Positions 7,623 to 17,900 of a DNA stretch of 24,960 nt are shown piece by piece. Source of the stretch: a virus. Its lineage: Duplodnaviria > Caudoviricetes. The stretch spans positions 1 to 24,960 of IMG/VR virus record IMGVR_UViG_3300010334_000251. One strand, written 5' to 3'. Position 1 is the first letter of the stretch; each line of letters starts with the position of its first letter. Both the position numbers and the translations under genes were made by a program. The notes beneath the pieces are model-generated. The model had not been told where the DNA came from. It searched no databases and was given only the letters and a program-made list of their open reading frames with translations.

Positions 7623-8804
7623 ATGCCTCGTCTTTCAATGTGGCAAGAAGGAAAACATAGCAACGATTATAAACTTTTTGACAGGCTCATGTCAGAAAGA
7701 TTCACTGTTGGCGGAACTACTATCTTGATACACAAATATCTAGGACCAAAAGATAATTCAACTGTTGACGATGCTACACAACCAAAATACCTCAATCAAA
7801 GTGAAAAGAATATTCAAGATCTGTTGTTTTTGGAAAACAGAGATAGAAAATACGACAGCAGTGTATATTCCCTCAGAGGAATTTATCAAGTTACTGACAG
7901 CGATTTTAGTCTAGAACAATTTGGACTGTTTTTACAGACCGGAACTCTATTTATGACCTTTCATATTAACGACATGGTTGCAATGTTGGGTCGAAGAATT
8001 ATGGCGGGCGATGTCCTCGAACTTACCCATTTGACTGATTATGAAGCATTGACTGATGTTCCAGTGGCACTCAAAAGATTTTTTATTGTTGGGGATTGTA
8101 GCCGAGCAAGTGAAGGGTTTAGTCCAAGTTGGTGGCCACATCTTTGGCGTTGCAAAATCAACCCATTGGTTGATAGTCAAGAATATAAAGATATTATAAA
8201 TAAAATCCAAACAAACACTGACGGCGATACTGGGTATTCACTTGGCGATTTGGTCAGCACATTTAGTAAATACGATTCTATCAATGATGCCATCATTTCA
8301 CAAGCCGAAATAGAAGTTCCGAAATCTGGATATGATACTTCCTTTATATACACCAAACCATTAGACGATTTAGGCATGGTTGGTGATCCAAAAGGATTGG
8401 ATGCCAGTAATATGGGAGCCATAAACGCTAGTTCAATAATTAATAAATCTGACAGAGCCATAGTCACTCCAGATAAAAAAGTTACAGGTTATCTTACACA
8501 AGATGGAGAAACCCCAAATGGACTACCAGTCACTAGTGGTATTAGTTTTCCAACTGAGGCATTAACTGGAGATTATTGTTTGCGTGTAGATTATAGCCCA
8601 AACAGACTATTTAGATATGATGGCCGTCGTTGGATTAAGGTTGAAGATGCATTACGCTCCAATTTAACTCCAGGAGCAAGTGATAATACTACACTGAAAA
8701 ATAGTTTCAGAAATAGTACAAAAACAATCAAAGATCCAAAAGGCAAGACAAAACCCGAACTTCAGAATCTCAATGAGATTTTTAAACTTAAACCCGACAA
8801 CTAA
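7623..8804 (+). CDS. Neck / head closure protein (T4 gp14-like) with C-terminal extension
   Basis: LFLENRDRKYD...LRGIY...LEQFGLFL...FMTFH...GDVLEL...WRCK pattern fits gp14-like proteins; located directly before the gp15-like gene. Confidence 0.7.
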   Translation: MPRLSMWQEGKHSNDYKLFDRLMSERFTVGGTTILIHKYLGPKDNSTVDDATQPKYLNQSEKNIQDLLFLENRDRKYDSSVYSLRGIYQVTDSDFSLEQFGLFLQTGTLFMTFHINDMVAMLGRRIMAGDVLELTHLTDYEALTDVPVALKRFFIVGDCSRASEGFSPSWWPHLWRCKINPLVDSQEYKDIINKIQTNTDGDTGYSLGDLVSTFSKYDSINDAIISQAEIEVPKSGYDTSFIYTKPLDDLGMVGDPKGLDASNMGAINASSIINKSDRAIVTPDKKVTGYLTQDGETPNGLPVTSGISFPTEALTGDYCLRVDYSPNRLFRYDGRRWIKVEDALRSNLTPGASDNTTLKNSFRNSTKTIKDPKGKTKPELQNLNEIFKLKPDN

Positions 8805-8807
8805 TAT

Positions 8808-10205
8808 ATGAGCACGCCAACATATTCCAACTTTTTCTATTCGGGCCAAATTCGTCGATTTTTACAACAATTTATACGGATTTTAAGCAATTTTCAGGTT
8901 CAAATGGGCAATGATGACGACGGCAACGTAGTCTTACAACGTGTACCTGTTTTTTATGGTGATTCCAGCAGACAAGCTAGCCAAATACTAAGAGGCAATT
9001 CCGAAAATGCACTGAACAGTTTGCCTTCTATGGCAGTATATATTGCTGCAATGAGATACGATGTTAATAGAATACAGGAACCCAATTTTGTTAGCAAAAT
9101 GAATATTAGGACTAGAGCCGTAGACCCAGATTCTGGTGAATACACAAGTCAACAGGGCGATGCCTATACCGTAGAAAGATTGATGCCAGTCCCATATACT
9201 TTGACTTTAAAAGTGGATATTTGGACTGGAAATACTGAACAGAAACTTATGCTGATAGAACAATTAGGGACCATTTTTAGTCCAGCCCTCGAAATACAAA
9301 GTACAGATAATTATATCGATTGGACTAGCTTGAGCTACATTAGATTGACTGACATAGGGTGGACCAACAGATCGGTCCCTGCCGGGCCAGATGAAAATAT
9401 AGATGTTGCATCTTTGACTTTTGAGTTGCCAATTTGGCTAAGCCCCCCAGCTAAGGTTAAAAAATTAGGAGTTATACAAAAAATCACAGCATCAATATTT
9501 GATTCTGAAGGTGCTCTATTAGATGATTTATTTGGTAATGTTAAAGACCCAGCCACAAGCGCACAAATATTTACTTTTATGAGTTATGGGGTAATTTATC
9601 AAAGTAACTTTTTAAGGTTGATTAAATTAAGCGATGTTGTCGATGGCAATTTGGAATTCATCAATAAAGGAAAATCCCATCATCCTTGGTTGGCGTTGAT
9701 TGACCAATATGGGCATTTGGAGAACGGTATAAGTCAAATTAGACTACTACAAACTAGTGGAAGTGAAATAATAGGCACTGTAGCTTATCATCCAACTGAT
9801 GAAACTTTATTAATATATAGCCCATTCCCCGACACGCTACCAGCCAATACTCTATCACCAATAACAGCAATTATTAATCCACAAAACGTTGCAGTTGATA
9901 GTGAATTACTTAATCCAACAATTGGCTCTAGATTTTTGATCCTACATGATATAGGTAGTGATGGTGATGTTGAGGGGGCTGCAATATGGAATAGACCGGG
10001 GCATCAACAACTAATTGCACATGCCAATGATATAATCGAATTTGATGGCGAATTATGGAAAGTGGCTTTTGATAGCAGCAACCATAATTCGGTGGAATAT
10101 GTGTCTAATCTGAAAACAAACTTACAATACAAATGGAAAGATGGCTCTTGGAGCAAAAGTGTAGAAGGAAAATATGATGCTGCTGAATGGAGTTTAAAAC
10201 TATGA
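8808..10205 (+). CDS. Tail terminator / sheath stabiliser (T4 gp15-like) with C-terminal extension
   Basis: FFYSGQIRRFLQQF...SNFQV...RVPVFYG...LPSMAV...YD...PVPYTL...LIEQL...F-P...LTFELPIWLSPP matches the gp15 pattern. Confidence 0.8.
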   Translation: MSTPTYSNFFYSGQIRRFLQQFIRILSNFQVQMGNDDDGNVVLQRVPVFYGDSSRQASQILRGNSENALNSLPSMAVYIAAMRYDVNRIQEPNFVSKMNIRTRAVDPDSGEYTSQQGDAYTVERLMPVPYTLTLKVDIWTGNTEQKLMLIEQLGTIFSPALEIQSTDNYIDWTSLSYIRLTDIGWTNRSVPAGPDENIDVASLTFELPIWLSPPAKVKKLGVIQKITASIFDSEGALLDDLFGNVKDPATSAQIFTFMSYGVIYQSNFLRLIKLSDVVDGNLEFINKGKSHHPWLALIDQYGHLENGISQIRLLQTSGSEIIGTVAYHPTDETLLIYSPFPDTLPANTLSPITAIINPQNVAVDSELLNPTIGSRFLILHDIGSDGDVEGAAIWNRPGHQQLIAHANDIIEFDGELWKVAFDSSNHNSVEYVSNLKTNLQYKWKDGSWSKSVEGKYDAAEWSLKL

Positions 10206-10624
10206 CCTTAGGAACAGGTGCATTGATTTATTGTTCCAAAACTCATAGATTTTTATTTCTTTTAAGGAATGGACAAAAATATTCTGGAACTTGGGGATTA
10301 GTTGGCGGCAAAGTAGAGATAGCAGAATCTGTCGATGTTGCTCTACACAGAGAAATACAGGAAGAACTAGGCGGTGTTATTAACAATTGTACACTGATAC
10401 CCATAGAAACATTTGTGAGTTCAAATAAAAAATTTACCTATCACACATTCTTAATAGTGGTAGAAGAAGAATTTGTGCCAGAACTCAACAACGAGCATAG
10501 AGGATATGCTTGGCTTCCGATTGAAGACTATCCCAAACCATTACATCCAGGTGTTTGGAGAACTATTAAGTTTTCCGAACTAACTCAAAAACTCAAAACC
10601 ACCGTTTCATCATTGAATTTGTGA
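10202..10624 (+). CDS. NUDIX hydrolase
   Basis: Nudix box GGKVEIAESVDVALHREIQEELG. Preferred start is the in-frame ATG at 10202, which forms an ATGA overlap with the upstream stop; the alternative is 10187. Confidence 0.92.
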   Translation: MTLGTGALIYCSKTHRFLFLLRNGQKYSGTWGLVGGKVEIAESVDVALHREIQEELGGVINNCTLIPIETFVSSNKKFTYHTFLIVVEEEFVPELNNEHRGYAWLPIEDYPKPLHPGVWRTIKFSELTQKLKTTVSSLNL

Positions 10625-13600
10625 TCATAATCGTCTCATGAAATGATAATCACCGTCAGGACCTGCATTTGTAAATTGACATATGAGTTCAAACCCTAAA
10701 TCACTCATATAAGCAATAACTTCATCACGTTGCGGTGCGCCTGTATTATATTCAACACATTGTAATTCTAAGATCACATGCGTTACAGATTTTAATGTTT
10801 CAGTGGCGCCTTTTAAGATATCTAACTCTGCACCCTGAACATCCATTTTAATAAAATCTGGCAATGGAAACCCACGATCCTTTACTACATCATCTAATGC
10901 CACAGTTACTAATTGTCTTTTATGACTTTCATTGAAATATTCCGGAGCTTCTGGATTGACTAATGGATTTTCAATATAATAGCTGTTCCCACCTGGATGA
11001 TATGTGTTTTGATAAAAATCAATAAGTTTTCCAGAAACATCACTTAGTGGACCAACATTATATTTAAAGCCACGTTCTTTGTATAGAAATTCTGTTTCTT
11101 TCATTGCTTCGAACATAACATATTCCGCGTTTGGCCAAATCTTCTCCGCTTCGTTAGTCCAATGCAATACACATGCCCCAATATCATAAATTACTTTTGG
11201 CGACACATTATTATCACGTAATAAAGTCAAATAATCAACTGTTGCCTTTGGCAGCAATCTTTGATTTCCCAATTCTCTCAATCTGTCACTAAAGTCATTA
11301 TCCTTTTTTTTTGAATCATCCAGTGCCGGAATGGTATTATCAATATTAAAAGTAAAACTACCAGTATGTCTACATTGTATGGTGGTGTCTGCCCAAATCC
11401 TAAAACCTTTTTCCAAAGCTTTCCTACAAAAATCCACATCCTCCGATACTGTATTTGTATGATCGATTGCGCTATGATATTCAAACTGCGGATATCCAAT
11501 AGATTTTACCACTTGCGCTTTTACTAAAACACACCCAAAACCACAACTGGCAATTTCCACTAATCCTCGATCTTTAATTTTTCCATAGGGAATATTACTC
11601 ACACCACCATATCCATTATGCTCATATACTTCTAATACATGTTGCCCTGGCTTCCTTTGAATATATAGACCAGACACCACATCAACGTTATGGTTTAATA
11701 ACTTTTCTAATGTGTCTGAGTCAAAACTAATATCACTATCCACACTAAACAAATAGTCATAGCCCTTAACCACCCAGTCAGCAATTAGATTTCTAATTTG
11801 ATCAATATTGTAACCAAAAAAGTATTGAAAATTAACATCATATCCATCAGGTATTTTTAAATCATATATACTTTTAAATGTTTCTGGTTCAATATTTCTT
11901 GCCGTAGGTATTGCAATTAAAATTCTTTTTTTGACAGTAGTATCTTTAGTAGTTTCTAAAACATCAATATGTTTTTTATCATCAACTAAATTAGCTATGG
12001 TGGTCAACTGTTGATTATTAATAGGATTATCCGTTACTAACTTTTCCATATTATTTCTAATTTCTTGATAAAGCAAAGATTCTTTTTCTAAAAAACTTTT
12101 TGTAATAGATGGGTCTTTGGTTGTGGAAGCAAAAGGAGTATAAAAATCCATATTTGTGATAAGATAGTTGGTTTTACCACTTGCTAACTGTTTGTCAAAA
12201 ATGTAATTGTCTCCATAATATATGTCTAAGCCAACAGGTATTTTATACCAACTTTTTTTATGCACAAACATCAAACACCCAAACCCATGAGTGTTTTGCC
12301 CAGTCCATGGAATTATGTCAATAGTTTTTGTGGTCACCGGAGGTTGGTTAAAAATAGGGTCACCAGGACAAAGACCAAATACGCCATTTGATTCGGACAA
12401 CTGATCTTGTAATATATCAAATACTTGCGTATCAAACGATATGTCGTCATTGGCTATACACAATCTATCAAATTGACTAATAGTGACCCCAAAATTCCAA
12501 GCAGGATTTACATATATATTTGTGTCAAAATTAAATAACTTTAACTTTGAATTATATTCGAGATTTGGGGTCTTACTCACATCATTATTGACAATAATGA
12601 TTTCACCAACAGACTCACATGCACATAATTTATACAAAAACGGTATTAACACTTCATTGGCTCTCCACATTGTGGGGATGATGACTGAATATTTTTCTAA
12701 TGTTTTTGACATGTTTTTTCCTATGATGGCTCTTGCTGTTCTATTCTGTTCTTCACCATTGACTTTGTAATCATTTAATGGGTTTATATCATTATAATTG
12801 TAGACTATTTGTTGCAGACATTTAACTTTGTTGGGATCGGCTTCCTCAAGAAAGGCATAAAAAACAGCCCCATCACCACCAGCACGATACCATTCGCCGT
12901 TTGCATCTTTAAATTGACTTTCATCGATAGAATTCAATAAAAATCGTTTAAATGTCCTTAAATGGGTATATGGCAAAATCCAGTTAAAATGATGCTGTCT
13001 ATAAGACTTGTTTTTCTTAACCGATTCTGGATAAGGTTGGCTTATTAATGGTATGTTGTCTACCATACTCCAGCAGCTACCATATGCAAATTCCGTAGTA
13101 CCATCATAAACATTATTATAATAATTAAAAATGGTATTGTCATTTACTAACGAATCATCTCCATCTAATAACATTATGATGGCGTCTCGATTAATTATTT
13201 TTTTAATAGTACTGATTTGATTTTTCACAGCACCCACTCTCTCTGCATTTTTAATAAGAGTGAATTTACTGATAAGATTTTGTGGCAAAGCATTTATTGT
13301 CGCTTTTGCAGTTTCATAAGTTTCGTCAGTTGAACAATCATCAATTAAAATATGATGATAATTAAAATAATCTTGAGCAGCTACTGATTCAATGCAACGA
13401 CTAATATATTGTGCGCAATTATAAAATGGACTTACAATTACAATTTCTTGTTCAACGTTTGATTTATAGTTAACTAATTCCACAGTGTTATGTGTCCTTC
13501 TATTCCAAATTTTATGCACGGCTTTGTTGATTTTATCAACTTGCCTATATTGATCCACAGACAAATATTTTTCAGTTTTATGTAATAAATGTTGATGCCA

Positions 13601-14797
13601 TTGCAATGCAACAGTATTCCAACCAGCATATGGTTTTACAATGTTACAATAATATTGTTTTTGTTGGTGTAGATATCTATTATGATGTGCAGCAACTACC
13701 ACATCAACAAATCTGTCAATTTGACTTGGGGTATCAATATTGGGAAAAAGGCTATTAGGTTCAACAGCGTAATCTATCAAATAACAAGCGCCCTCTAAAG
13801 CAACTTCTTCCAATCCACCAAATCTACAAGTAATACTAGGTGTATTATAAAGTAGACTTTCTAATGTACTGATACCAAATGTTTCAGGAAAAGAACACGG
13901 GTAAATCATAAAACTGGATTTTGCCAAAATACCAGCGATATCTTTTTGAGGGATCACACCAGTAAACTCAATACCCAATCGAGCGTTGACAGGGTCATTG
14001 GCCATAATTCGCCAATCTTTTTCCTGTTGATCTGGTTCCTCATTTTGACTAAATCTATAATAGCCGCCAATGATTTTTAATTGTGCTTGTGGTATTTGCT
14101 GTTTTACTCTTGGCCAAATATGTTTTACCAAAGGTATCATCCCTTTAGTCACACTAGCATTATAAACATAAAGATTAGGATCTTTAGCAGCAATATCAAC
14201 TTCTGGGATATAGCTGTTAGCACCGTTTCTTGTTATAAAAATTTTGCGTTTTAGAACTTCAAAATTTCTTCGGCGGCCGTGATCACAATTCGTAATATAT
14301 GTAGTATGCCAATCAGTTAATGTGAAGATATCGGTGATCCTATTAGACACTGCCAATTCCTCAATTAACAAATCGCCCAGACAAAATGTATCATGCATCC
14401 ACAATATTCTTAAACTTGCCGGAGCTAAGATTCTATCATACAAATTCATTGCTTGATAAGCCCATGCTCTATTGTCACCCAATCTAGCATAGTCATTGGG
14501 ATGAACAAAAGGGATAACTGTCCTGGAACTTATAACAACATTAAATTGTGCATCAATTTCGGGCAATGCTAGATCAGCCAAGGATCTATAAACAACATTT
14601 TCATAAGTTCCTGGACGGGCATGGTCTGTATTGCAATTGTTAAAAACTGTTACGGAATGGCCTAAAGCTACCAATTCGCGACTCATTAGAGTGACTGCAC
14701 TTTCACTGCCACCTAACCCTTGATTAAAAACGGTAGTGCCGTCATAAGGAATACCAATTATATCGATAATAGCTATGTTGAGAGAATTATTGAACAT
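10625..14797 (-). CDS. Multidomain glycosyltransferase (one GT4-like, three GT2/GT-A-like domains) fused to an FkbM-family methyltransferase
   Basis: GT-B: GLGGSE...YPCSFPETFGISTLES (EX7E). GT2: IVSPFYNCAQYISRCIESV...DDCSTD...LDGDD. GT-A: SVIIPTMWR...NDDI. GT-A: ILIAIPT...VDSDI...GFGCVLVK...SEDVDFC. FkbM: IYDIGA...FEA...DFIKMDVQGAELDILKGA. Confidence 0.9.
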   Translation of the reverse strand: MFNNSLNIAIIDIIGIPYDGTTVFNQGLGGSESAVTLMSRELVALGHSVTVFNNCNTDHARPGTYENVVYRSLADLALPEIDAQFNVVISSRTVIPFVHPNDYARLGDNRAWAYQAMNLYDRILAPASLRILWMHDTFCLGDLLIEELAVSNRITDIFTLTDWHTTYITNCDHGRRRNFEVLKRKIFITRNGANSYIPEVDIAAKDPNLYVYNASVTKGMIPLVKHIWPRVKQQIPQAQLKIIGGYYRFSQNEEPDQQEKDWRIMANDPVNARLGIEFTGVIPQKDIAGILAKSSFMIYPCSFPETFGISTLESLLYNTPSITCRFGGLEEVALEGACYLIDYAVEPNSLFPNIDTPSQIDRFVDVVVAAHHNRYLHQQKQYYCNIVKPYAGWNTVALQWHQHLLHKTEKYLSVDQYRQVDKINKAVHKIWNRRTHNTVELVNYKSNVEQEIVIVSPFYNCAQYISRCIESVAAQDYFNYHHILIDDCSTDETYETAKATINALPQNLISKFTLIKNAERVGAVKNQISTIKKIINRDAIIMLLDGDDSLVNDNTIFNYYNNVYDGTTEFAYGSCWSMVDNIPLISQPYPESVKKNKSYRQHHFNWILPYTHLRTFKRFLLNSIDESQFKDANGEWYRAGGDGAVFYAFLEEADPNKVKCLQQIVYNYNDINPLNDYKVNGEEQNRTARAIIGKNMSKTLEKYSVIIPTMWRANEVLIPFLYKLCACESVGEIIIVNNDVSKTPNLEYNSKLKLFNFDTNIYVNPAWNFGVTISQFDRLCIANDDISFDTQVFDILQDQLSESNGVFGLCPGDPIFNQPPVTTKTIDIIPWTGQNTHGFGCLMFVHKKSWYKIPVGLDIYYGDNYIFDKQLASGKTNYLITNMDFYTPFASTTKDPSITKSFLEKESLLYQEIRNNMEKLVTDNPINNQQLTTIANLVDDKKHIDVLETTKDTTVKKRILIAIPTARNIEPETFKSIYDLKIPDGYDVNFQYFFGYNIDQIRNLIADWVVKGYDYLFSVDSDISFDSDTLEKLLNHNVDVVSGLYIQRKPGQHVLEVYEHNGYGGVSNIPYGKIKDRGLVEIASCGFGCVLVKAQVVKSIGYPQFEYHSAIDHTNTVSEDVDFCRKALEKGFRIWADTTIQCRHTGSFTFNIDNTIPALDDSKKKDNDFSDRLRELGNQRLLPKATVDYLTLLRDNNVSPKVIYDIGACVLHWTNEAEKIWPNAEYVMFEAMKETEFLYKERGFKYNVGPLSDVSGKLIDFYQNTYHPGGNSYYIENPLVNPEAPEYFNESHKRQLVTVALDDVVKDRGFPLPDFIKMDVQGAELDILKGATETLKSVTHVILELQCVEYNTGAPQRDEVIAYMSDLGFELICQFTNAGPDGDYHFMRRL

Positions 14798-14805
14798 GTT
14801 GAATT

Positions 14806-14813
14806 TATTTAGA
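14806..14813 (-). promoter_or_regulatory. T4-type late promoter (TCTAAATA) for the glycosyltransferase gene
   Basis: TAAATA ends 8 nt before the ATG at 14797; a second TAAATA lies at 14878-14883. Confidence 0.55.
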
Positions 14814-14822
14814 ATATCACAA

Positions 14823-14852
14823 ATATTAACAAATTTGATGCATTTTTGTCAA
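14823..14852 (-). promoter_or_regulatory. Possible sigma70 promoter for the glycosyltransferase gene
   Basis: TTGACA (14852-14847), 18-nt spacer, TAATAT (14828-14823). The TTGACAAAA(A)TG context resembles the 7579 promoter. Confidence 0.4.
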
Positions 14853-14928
14853 CTAATTTGACTTCAAATATCAAAGTTATTTAATTAAGCAGATATTTTG
14901 GCGCAAAATAAATTGCCAAATTGAGTAT

Positions 14929-17900
14929 TTAAAGAGTGAATGACCCAGAGCTTGTCCAAGTATATGTCTTATAACCATCACCATTAACTATTTGTGGGTC
15001 CCCAGTTACTGATATTATTGTAGATATTGGACATCTTATAACTACAATCCCTGACCCGCCAGCTGCTCCCCCATTATCTGCACTTTTGCCACCACCCCCA
15101 CCACCAGTGTTAGCTAGACCGGCTGTCGGTGTTCCACCAGCGGCTGCACCTATTCCGCCACCACCAGAACCACCGGCAGCATAACCTACATTATATGAAC
15201 CACCACCGCCGCCGCCTGCAATATACCTTATTCCAGAAACAATCACACCTATGTTGGCATCTGACAATATTCCACCAACTTGACTATCTGATAATCCAAT
15301 GCCACCTTGCGAGACCCCGCCACTAGCTGCTGATGCACCTGCGCCGCCGCCCCCACAACTCGGAGTACCGCTAGCCCCGGGCGCTGTTCCACCGTCACCC
15401 CCTTGAAACGCAATGCCTTTACCACCAGCATTTCCACCATCATTTGATGCATAGTTACCACCACCGCCACCGCCACTTCCACCTGTAGCGCCTCGATAAC
15501 CAGTACCACTAGCACCAGCACCTGGCTGAGTAAAATCTCTCGTTGCTCCTGCACCACCACCAACAGCAATCAATTCTTTATCCCCTCCAATGATACTAGA
15601 GTTTTTACCGTTGGTACTATATAATGTGCCTATGCCGCCTGCCCCAATAGTCACCGTATAAGTTGTGGCTGAAGTAAAAATTGCTGATGATCTGTATAAC
15701 AGGCCACCAGCACCACCTCCACCACCCACACCACCACCACCACCGCCTGCCACAATCAAATAGTCTAATTTAACTAAACTAGTTGTATTATCTGAGACTT
15801 CTATCAATGCAGATTGACCAAATACTGTGCCAAGACCATCAGATACTTTTATTCCCAGGGTGGTTATCCCATCAACAACATTATTCCAATATATTGTTCT
15901 AGATATGATACCAATATTGTCAACGATTGTCACTGTGCCAGAATTTTCAAAATCAGTAAATCTATCAGCAGTAGTTGTTCCCAAATTTGACCAATAAAGC
16001 ACAGTTCCATTTAAAACATTAAATGTTTTGATTGTGAATGTTACAGTATTTCCCTCTAAAACAGAAAAACTATTTGGCACAACAATACATTGACTATCAA
16101 CATTCCAGCCAGGACTATCTTTACCTACGAGAGAAATATCAAAAGAAGTTGGATATCTTGCAGCACCTGTGATCCTTAACTCATCAATATATCCAACAAA
16201 TAAATTTGATCCAGGAGCGTATGAACTTCCACCAATAATCGGGGCTAGCGAATTGGATCCATATGAATCTGTGTCACTATATGTTGCTGTTACTTGAGTG
16301 CCATTAACAAACATTTTGATAATGCCATCTATGCGACATATTGCAATATGATACCAAGTGTTAATCAATAAGATAGGACCAGTTATTCTATTTGTGTTAT
16401 TTTTAAAATAAATTGGTTGGCCTGTTGAGCTCAAAAAAAGCGTAAAATAATCACCTTTTGTGTTTGTAGGTCTGTAATCAACCAATACTGGATTAGCAGT
16501 AAAAGAGTCAGCGTTGATCCATAATTCAACTGTAAAATTATTAGTTAAAAAATCTATTGAGTTTGAATTGAACATATAGCCAGTACCTTCAAAACGCAAA
16601 CTATTGGTTTGAAATTTATATGTATCTGAACTGATTGATACATTACCAACAACAGTGAATGCGTTTTTATTTGTAGAATCAATCACTGTAGCATTTGATG
16701 CTAGTAATAATAGACTAGTTGTTGAGGACTTGGCACCTAGACTAGAAACTGTTGGCGGCGTATTGTTTAAAGCTATTGACTTTTCTTGATATGTATATCT
16801 TGCCATTCCCTTAGTAATACGTAAAGAATCGATATATCCAGAATATGAATTTGTCTTATCCCTTCGAGCACCAATCACTATTTGATCAGTTTGACTGTAG
16901 TTGCTGGAGTTGGTTCTGCCCAAAGACTCTATTCCATTAATAAAAAGTCTAGAGAAAGAATTTGATCTAACATAAGAAATATACTGCCATTCGTTCAGAA
17001 CGGCGGGGATTATTCCTGTAACAGATGTAGACCCGTCAACTATCGACCAATAGCCCGAGGCATTGATAAATATTTCCCAACCTGTGCTGGTTGTTCCTTT
17101 ACCAATGACTCCAGATATCACAGATATATTTGTTGGATATGCCCAAAAATCAACAGTATAGTTTTCACCATTAAACTGTAACAATGGACTATTAGCAATT
17201 AATAAATAATCGCCAGCCCCATCAAAATACATTGATTCATTACCAAACTTAGTTTTGCTAGTTGATAAAACAACATTACCAATTGTACCAATATTATTTT
17301 TCAAAGAGCTATCAACAATACTTTGTGGATTCATTTTTAATAATAGACTTGTGTTTGGTATTGCTGCTAATGGTGTGGTTTCAGGAATAAAATTTGCTGT
17401 ATATATTGCAGAACCGTTGACTACTCGAAGATTGGATATGTATCCATTTGTATAATATCCACCGCCATCAGTAAGTGCACCGATACGTTGCGTTAAACCA
17501 TTGGCATTAATTGCTCGAGATATCCTAGTCCAGCTAGTATCCAACACCCCGTCAACAAACATAGATAGTACGCCGTCACTATTTCTAACCCAGGCAACAT
17601 GAGTCCAAGCGCCTAATGCTATTACATTTTTTGCAGTATATGGACTACCAAGATAAAGCTCAGCTTTAAATCCTCCCGAATTACGCAAACCACACGCCCA
17701 ATCTTGCCCGACTGGGCCACTCCTTGCCTCGATCACAGCCCCATATGTTGTCAATGCAATTGGGTATACCCAACATTCGATAGTAAACGCACTAGTACCA
17801 AAACTTAATGCATCTTTCGCCGACAATGTTAAATAACTATTATTAGTAAAATATGTTGATCCCCCAACAATAGATATTGAATACAATTCCTCAGTAATCA

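Noticed and set aside
1688-9556. Other short antisense or alternate-frame ORFs nested in the sheath, kinase, neck and terminator genes
   Set aside because: They are almost entirely overlapped by well-supported genes and show no recognisable motifs.
14894-14920. Possible terminator after the 1927-aa gene (TATTTTG-gcg-CAAAATA; TTTGGC...GCCAAA)
   Set aside because: Stems are short and AT-rich with competing pairings; too weak to call.
15700-15750. CCA/CCG tandem runs as microsatellite or CRISPR-like repeats
   Set aside because: They encode poly-Gly motifs; there is no repeat-spacer periodicity.
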